From the NCBI GenBank assembly GCA_965238275.1, contig OZ250186.1, positions 1,888,001 through 1,952,000 on the forward strand: a stretch of DNA of 64,000 bases, in the 5' to 3' direction. Numbering within the stretch: the stretch's first letter is position 1; each line of letters opens with the position of its first letter. This stretch comes from Nitrosopumilus sp. Its GTDB lineage: Archaea; Thermoproteota; Nitrososphaeria; Nitrososphaerales; Nitrosopumilaceae. The notes beneath the pieces are model-generated. The model worked only from the letters and a program-made list of their open reading frames with translations. It made no database searches and was not told the origin of the DNA. A program made the position numbers and the translations under genes. This document shows, in pieces, positions 58,520 through 64,000 of the stretch.

Positions 58520-59873
58520 AACTTTGTTTCCTAATTATCGCCAGTCACACCCAACAGGTTCAGAATTAGGCCAGATCAGTTGAATTTGAACATCATATCA
58601 AACATCTTCAATAGAAAACCGTATTGATCAGAGAGGTGTGCAGGCAGTCAGGTAACAGCCATGACTGAAAACACATCCTCTCCAGACAAAACGGGCACGC
58701 ATGAGGCTAAAAAATCTTTCAAATCCAAAGAACGCCGGTTCCAGTACGATGACCGCAGGTACATAGACCGCGGCCAGTTGTGGACGCTCCAGATAAGCCC
58801 GGAGATCCTGACTCAGGGAGTCGAGAAGCTAAACTGCGGGAAGGTAGGCCGCCCGTACGTATTTTCAAACGCGTGCTTTGCAGCAGCATCCCTGTTCAAA
58901 AACGCCACCGGCATAAGGTACAGGCAGCTCCAGGGTCTGGCAGAGACGATAGTCGGCAAGGAAAACGCGCCCACGTACTCGGCGTTCCAGAAGAGGATGA
59001 CCAAGCTTGGCTGCACTGTTGCAGACAATGATGATGGTAGCGGCACGGCTTCTGCGTGGTTCTCAGACGGCGGCACCCGGGCCGAGATCAAGCTGTTTGC
59101 CTTCGACTCCACTGGACTCAAGCCCACAAACCGCGGCGACTGGATGACAGAAAAGTGGGGGACCAGGCGGGGCTTCATAAAGCTGCATGTCGGGGTGGAT
59201 GCCAAAACCAAAAAGATCTACGCCGTGGCCATAACCGACGACAAGTGCGGGGACTCTCCGCAGTTTGAGGAACTGGTGGGGCAGGCCCTTGCAAATGCAA
59301 AAAAATCACCAAACTCAGACACTTCTGCAGGCACCAAGGCGGCAGCCGACGGCGCGTACGACACCCAGAAGATCCGCAGGTACTGCGACGAGCAGGGAAT
59401 CGAGCCGCTGATTCCCGTCCGCATCGACTTTGCCGGAAAGGCGAACGGGTGCATGCCCCGCAAGGAGGCAGGATTCAGGCAGCTGGGGGACCTGGACTGC
59501 ATGGACAAGACGGCAGAACGCAAGTTTGCAGGCCTCACGCGCGAACAAAAGAGGGAATTCCAGAAGGCGTGGCGCAGGGAGTCAGGGTACAACGACCGGT
59601 GGTCAGTCGAGATTGTATTTTCCACGTTCAAGCGGGTGTTGGGCGAGTGCATAAGCGCGCGCAAGTGGGAGAACGTCAAGGCCGAGATATACGGAAAGGT
59701 GCAGCTGTACAACCAGATGATCGATACTGCAATCGACAACGGGTACGGCACGCCAAGGATCGTGCAAGCCTACAAGCCCGGCCCAAGGACTGCAAGGGAA
59801 GGGGGCAAGACGACGACGTAGGCAGAATTGCACAGACGAGTATCTGTGTCGAGCGTAATTAGGAAACAGAGTT
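58520..59873 (+). mobile_element. IS5-family element (1354 bp), copy 3
   Basis: same TIRs; 8-bp TSD GTCATTGC (58512-58519, 59874-59881). Confidence 0.93.
58661..59821 (+). CDS. IS5-family (IS903-like) transposase
   Basis: identical 386-aa protein. Confidence 0.9.
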   Translation: MTENTSSPDKTGTHEAKKSFKSKERRFQYDDRRYIDRGQLWTLQISPEILTQGVEKLNCGKVGRPYVFSNACFAAASLFKNATGIRYRQLQGLAETIVGKENAPTYSAFQKRMTKLGCTVADNDDGSGTASAWFSDGGTRAEIKLFAFDSTGLKPTNRGDWMTEKWGTRRGFIKLHVGVDAKTKKIYAVAITDDKCGDSPQFEELVGQALANAKKSPNSDTSAGTKAAADGAYDTQKIRRYCDEQGIEPLIPVRIDFAGKANGCMPRKEAGFRQLGDLDCMDKTAERKFAGLTREQKREFQKAWRRESGYNDRWSVEIVFSTFKRVLGECISARKWENVKAEIYGKVQLYNQMIDTAIDNGYGTPRIVQAYKPGPRTAREGGKTTT

Positions 59874-60113
59874 GTCATTGCAAAAACATTGACTGTGGAT
59901 TGTATGACATCACCTACTGCCGTTTGTGAAAATCTGGATTCATTGAACTCAGCGGGAGATAGCAAACCTATTGCTGTCACGAATTCATCATGGTCATTGT
60001 AGAGTTTTAGCAAGCCACCTTGCGCATTAACAATTTTCATTTCAATGTTAATGTCAGCCCATGTGCCAGAATTTACAAAAGCCAACGTAAACGGTTCATA
60101 ATACTCTGGAACG
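59874..60113 (-). pseudogene. 3' fragment of an unknown gene between the MITE and IS5
   Basis: open frame LVPEYYEPFTLAFVNSG...VFAMT running from the MITE edge to the IS5 TSD. Confidence 0.4.
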
Positions 60114-60315
60114 AGCTCTGGTAAGTTCTAGTGATCTGATCACCAAAATCTACCACCAAGGTGCAGATGTGACCAAGCTCGTTTTTGAACAGACCCGTGG
60201 AAAACACCACACTTTTGAACACCGTAACGAAAGGCGGCGGGATTGAATCTGGAGAAGATCCTAAAACACACTTTTGAACAGCGAATGGCAGAGATCATTA
60301 GAATTTAACAGAGCC
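60114..60315 (+). mobile_element. ~200-bp MITE-like repeat, copy 1
   Basis: ends AGCTCTGGTAAGTTCTAGTGATC / GATCATTAGAATTTAACAGAGCC; three TTTTGAACA motifs; inner AATCTGGAGAAGATCC. Confidence 0.82.
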
Positions 60316-60324
60316 TTGATTTGG

Positions 60325-60523
60325 GGCTCTGTTAAATTTTGGTGATCTCGAATGTTTACTGTTCAAAAGTGCGTTTTTGGTTCTTCTCCAGATTTGATTT
60401 CACTATATTTCATCATGGTGTTCAGGTGTGGTGCATTCCAAAAGTCTGTTCAAAAGTGAGATGAACGGCATCTGAACCTTGGTGTTAAATTTTGGTGATC
60501 AGATCACTAAAAATTCCAGAGCC
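60325..60523 (-). mobile_element. ~200-bp MITE-like repeat, copy 2 (inverted)
   Basis: diverged reverse complement of copy 1, 9 bp away. Confidence 0.8.
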
Positions 60524-60531
60524 CCCAAGGA

Positions 60532-60595
60532 GGCTCTGTTAAATTCTAGTGATCTCTGCTGTTCACTGTTGAAAAGTGTGTTTTTGGATCTTCTC
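60532..60595 (-). mobile_element. MITE-like repeat, partial copy 3
   Basis: GGCTCTGTTAAATTCTAGTGATCTC...GGATCTTCTC, then unrelated sequence. Confidence 0.8.
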
Positions 60596-60941
60596 GACGA
60601 AGGCAAATTCGATTTTGTATCGACTAGCAACCTGCACCATTTAGAAATACATGCCGGCAAGTTCCTCACGCACATGCACAATCAGCTCAAGGAAGAACTG
60701 CACCAGGAACACAACAAAGACACGGACGGTTAACGTTCTATTCAGCCATAGCGATATTCGATTCTTTTTGTTTGATAGTATAATAGAAGATATGCGTAAT
60801 CCGCCCATTTCGCCAACTCGGTCATAAAAAACCGGAAAAATACGGCCTAAAACTACTCGTGTCTGGCATGTGGCAAGTCCGTTCACCCCAAAATCCAAAA
60901 TGACGTGCGCAGCCTTGCAGCACTTCATCGTGCCCTGAATT

Positions 60942-62312
60942 CTACTTGACCGGAGCTTGGGAGCAGGCCCTGTCCCAGTCTACTGACGTCTTCCACTGCC
61001 CCGGTGGTGGCGGGCCCTTTTCCATGCAGTCCCACAAAAGATTCAGGTTTACCAGCCCTGTGATCACGTTGAACTCCCTGTTGAACCCGGCTGCGTTGCC
61101 GTCGTACGGGTCGGTGAGGCGCGCGTAGCGCTTGAGCCTGCCTATCGTGTGCTCCACCAACACCCGGGTGGAGTTGATCCTGTGGTTGTGCTTTTTTTGC
61201 TCCGGCGTCAGCGGCGTGTCCCTGGTCTTCTTGTGCGGGATCTCCGGCGTGGTGCCGGGCAGGTGGTCTGCGATTCCCTGGTAGCCGCGGTCGACGAATG
61301 GGTGGCACCTGTCTGATTCTGGCAGGTCCGGATCGTGCATCGCCTTCTCCCACTTTCCAAACGGCATGGGGCGTTCCTTGAGCAGCGTGATGTCGCCGAC
61401 TGACCCGACGGTGCTTTTTGATATGCCGATCACCACCCCGTTCCGGTTGGTGTACACGTTGGTATTGTTGGTAAACTTTTTCTTCTTGCCGGAGTATTTC
61501 ATGCGCCGGACTGACTTTACGGACGGGCGCTGTATGGGGCAGTGCGTGCCGTCTATGAAGATCTCGCCCCCATCCGATCCGGGCACGATCTTCTTGAAAT
61601 CTTCCCTGGTCGGGGCAGCAGCTACCTCCTCGGATATGTTGTCTGCCGTCGGAAGTATTCCTGCCAGCATCGCGTCCATCACAGGAAAGTACCGGGACAC
61701 GGTGGACTGGTCTATCCCGAAGAACGCGGCAAGCGTTCCCTGCGTGATGTTTTCCTTTTTGTGCATCAGCGCCATGAGCAGCGCGTGCCTCAGGTGCAGC
61801 TTGCACCGGTTTCCGGGATCGGAGGCCCGGGATGCGTTATCGCAGAACAGCGGCATCTGGCCCGAATGCGTCAGAAACACCTTGGCCCGCTCCAGCATGT
61901 ACCGGAACTGTTCCCCGTCTGCCAGCGTGGCATGGCGGAGCTTGTCCCCGTCGCGTATTATGTCGTCTAGCACCTCTAGCAGATGCAGCGCGGGCCCCTT
62001 GCCGGGGTTCCAGCCATCGTCCCTGCTCTTCCACAGGCCGCGCTCAAGGCCCAGCTCCCTGTCTTTCTGCTCCAGCTTTTTGTCTTTCTGCTTTAGAATA
62101 TTTTTTAGGCTTTTGTTTTCCTGCTCCAGCTTTTTGTCTTTCTGCTCCAGCTTTTTGTCTTTCTGCTTTAGAATATTTTTTAGGCTTTTGTTTTCCTGCT
62201 CCAGCTTTTTGTCTTTCTGCTCCAGCTTTTTGTCTTTCTGCTTTAGAATATTTTTTAGTCTTTTGTTTTCCTGCTGCAACTTGTATATGATCTGATCAGG
62301 CGAGTCTGGCAT
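60942..62312 (-). CDS. ISL2-like transposase with expanded N-terminal coiled coil
   Basis: FFGIDQSTVSR, IDGT, YSGKKKK, DRGYQG, RVLVEHTIG. Confidence 0.88.
   Translation of the reverse strand: MPDSPDQIIYKLQQENKRLKNILKQKDKKLEQKDKKLEQENKSLKNILKQKDKKLEQKDKKLEQENKSLKNILKQKDKKLEQKDRELGLERGLWKSRDDGWNPGKGPALHLLEVLDDIIRDGDKLRHATLADGEQFRYMLERAKVFLTHSGQMPLFCDNASRASDPGNRCKLHLRHALLMALMHKKENITQGTLAAFFGIDQSTVSRYFPVMDAMLAGILPTADNISEEVAAAPTREDFKKIVPGSDGGEIFIDGTHCPIQRPSVKSVRRMKYSGKKKKFTNNTNVYTNRNGVVIGISKSTVGSVGDITLLKERPMPFGKWEKAMHDPDLPESDRCHPFVDRGYQGIADHLPGTTPEIPHKKTRDTPLTPEQKKHNHRINSTRVLVEHTIGRLKRYARLTDPYDGNAAGFNREFNVITGLVNLNLLWDCMEKGPPPPGQWKTSVDWDRACSQAPVK
62060..62275 (-). repeat. in-frame 75-bp tandem repeat with nested 21-bp repeat
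   Basis: (ENKSLKNILKQKDKKLEQKDKKLEQ) x ~3. Confidence 0.9.
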
Positions 62313-62402
62313 TTGATGTGAGACACGATCGTGCCTGATCTAAATTTATCGATGTGGACAGGGGGATTACGCATATTCTCTAATGGGTGCTTGGAGCATG
62401 TT

Positions 62403-62624
62403 TCATTTGTGGCTGTCTCGCTGCTGCACTAAACTGACTATCTTCGTCGTATAGCCTAACCACTCGTCATAACACGCTTCTTCTTCTGATTTTGCGCGCA
62501 CCATGCCGCCTGCGTGGCCGGCAATTTCGCATTTTTCGCGGCGGTTGGTTGCGTTTCCGAGCCTCTTGTCTGCGTCCCTCACTTTTTCTTCAAGCGATGC
62601 AAGCATGGAATCATACGATGTCAT
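62403..62624 (-). CDS. small hypothetical protein
   Basis: MTSYDSMLASLEEK...; start overlaps the stop of the ABC ATPase (ATGA). Confidence 0.5.
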   Translation of the reverse strand: MTSYDSMLASLEEKVRDADKRLGNATNRREKCEIAGHAGGMVRAKSEEEACYDEWLGYTTKIVSLVQQRDSHK

Positions 62625-63373
62625 CTTCCAGCCCCGTCGCGGACTTTCCGCGCCAACTCCAGCACTTTCTCGTCTTCCGGGTGGCGGGGGTGCGGCAGGT
62701 CGTTTTTGATATCGGATGAAATCTCCCCGGGCCGCTTGGTGAACCGTATTATCCTCGTGCCAAGCACAGCGGCCTCCACAGGATCGTGCGTCACGAATAT
62801 TATGGTCTTGTTCGTGCGCTGCCAGATCAGCTGCAACTCCATCATCAGGTCGGTCTTGGTGGAATGATCCAACGCGGAGAACGGCTCGTCCATGAGCAGC
62901 ATGTCCGGATCCATCGCCAGTGCCCTGGCGATCGACACGCGCTGCTTCATGCCCGTGGACAACTGCTTGACGTACGTGTCGGCAAACGTGCTCAGGCTCA
63001 TCATGTCGAGGAACCTGGCCGATATCTTGGCGCGCTTTTCTTTTGGGATCTTTGCCATCCTCAGCCCGAACTCCACGTTGTCGCGCACGTCCAGCCACGG
63101 GAACAGCGTGTCCTCCTGGAACACCATTATTCGCTCCGGCGACGGGTCACCTATCTGTTTGCCGTACGACAGTATGCGGCCGCCGTCCGGTTCCATGAAG
63201 CCGCTAATCATGCGCAGCAGCGTGGACTTGCCACACCCGCTGGGCCCGGTAAGGCAGACGAACTCCCCCTCGCGGATCTTCAGGCTCACGTCCTTTAGCG
63301 CCAGCAGATCCCCGGCGACATGGTATGTCTTGCAAACGCTTACGCTTTCAATGGCATGCATGATGAACATCAT
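62621..63373 (-). CDS. ABC transporter ATP-binding protein (nitrate/sulfonate/taurine type)
   Basis: GPSGCGKST, VFQE..LFPW, LSTGMKQR, LLMDEPFSALD, FVTHD. Confidence 0.92.
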   Translation of the reverse strand: MMFIMHAIESVSVCKTYHVAGDLLALKDVSLKIREGEFVCLTGPSGCGKSTLLRMISGFMEPDGGRILSYGKQIGDPSPERIMVFQEDTLFPWLDVRDNVEFGLRMAKIPKEKRAKISARFLDMMSLSTFADTYVKQLSTGMKQRVSIARALAMDPDMLLMDEPFSALDHSTKTDLMMELQLIWQRTNKTIIFVTHDPVEAAVLGTRIIRFTKRPGEISSDIKNDLPHPRHPEDEKVLELARKVRDGAGR

Positions 63374-63743
63374 GGCATGGTTTGTTAAAAACGCTCGCTT
63401 GATCCGACCATATATTAAATTTATATGATGTTTCGATGATAAAACAAGCATGGGAATCGGTCAGTGCGAGTCATGCTCTGGAAAAACACATACTGCATTG
63501 CGTCTATGTGAAACGTGCGCAAATACACAGGACAGGTGTGCACAATGCGGGGAACACAGACCCAAAGTCGAAGGGCTTATGGTGTGTGAAAATTGCGACA
63601 ATCGCTAGCCCTAGATGAGACTTTTGTAAATTGGCCGTGTCATTTCTTGCGCCGGCGCCTGTCCCTCACGCCGCCTAACAAGTCGGCGTAGTCGCGATTC
63701 TGCCACACCGTGTATCATTTCTTTCCCCGTATAGGGGTAAGTC

Positions 63744-63945
63744 AGCTCTGGTAAATTCTAGTGATTTGATCACCGAAATCTACCACCAAGGCGCGTGTGT
63801 GGTCCAGCTCACTTTTGAACAGCATTATTGGGGGCATGACACTTTTGAACACCCTGACGACATGCGGTGGGGACGAATCTGGAGAAGATCCTAAAATGCA
63901 CTTTTGAACAGCGAACATTAGAGATCACTAGAATTTAACAGAGCC
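63744..63945 (+). mobile_element. ~200-bp MITE-like repeat, copy 4
   Basis: collinear with copy 1 (202 bp); followed by CCCAAGGA. Confidence 0.85.
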
Positions 63946-64000
63946 CCCAAGGACATGTTGTTGCAGTTGATCGTATTTGACTACAAAAGGTTGCCAGAAC

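Larger units (their letters stand above)
60785..62381 (-). mobile_element. ISL2-like insertion sequence
   Basis: TIR AGARRATATGCGTAATCC; 3-bp TSD AAT (60782-60784, 62382-62384). Confidence 0.85.

Noticed and set aside
60114-60595. CRISPR array or integron attC array
   Set aside because: Units are ~200 bp, inverted relative to each other and lack unique equal-length spacers; no cas1 or integron integrase is nearby

Overview
Archaeal chromosome segment, inferred to be Nitrosopumilaceae/Thaumarchaeota (purP, cbtAB, AsnC-domain pair, adenylate cyclase, ilvA-purE-purK, SPFH, rps25e, pyrG, NAD kinase-HTH; possibly a host-associated lineage). By my hand count roughly half of the 64 kb is insertion-sequence DNA: IS630, IS5/IS903-like, ISL2-like, IS6, IS481, two single-ORF IS66 families, IS110, two TnpBs and a ~200-bp MITE family, many nested and with readable target-site duplications (TSDs). 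Best leads: (1) a tnpB with an intact catalytic triad bounded by IS630-type terminal inverted repeats (TIRs) and a TA duplication instead of IS200/IS605 hairpin ends; (2) an IS110 whose non-coding left end has segments matching its own target and donor junctions, where the target looks like the TIR of ISL2-like elements; (3) a MITE-bounded cargo unit with an 8-bp TSD that shares an inner 16-bp motif with an IS6 element; (4) an unannotated structured-RNA candidate beside the NAD kinase gene; (5) a decayed conjugative-element-like island at 43-51 kb. No CRISPR array, rRNA or tRNA was recognised. All family calls come from motif recognition by eye, not database searches.
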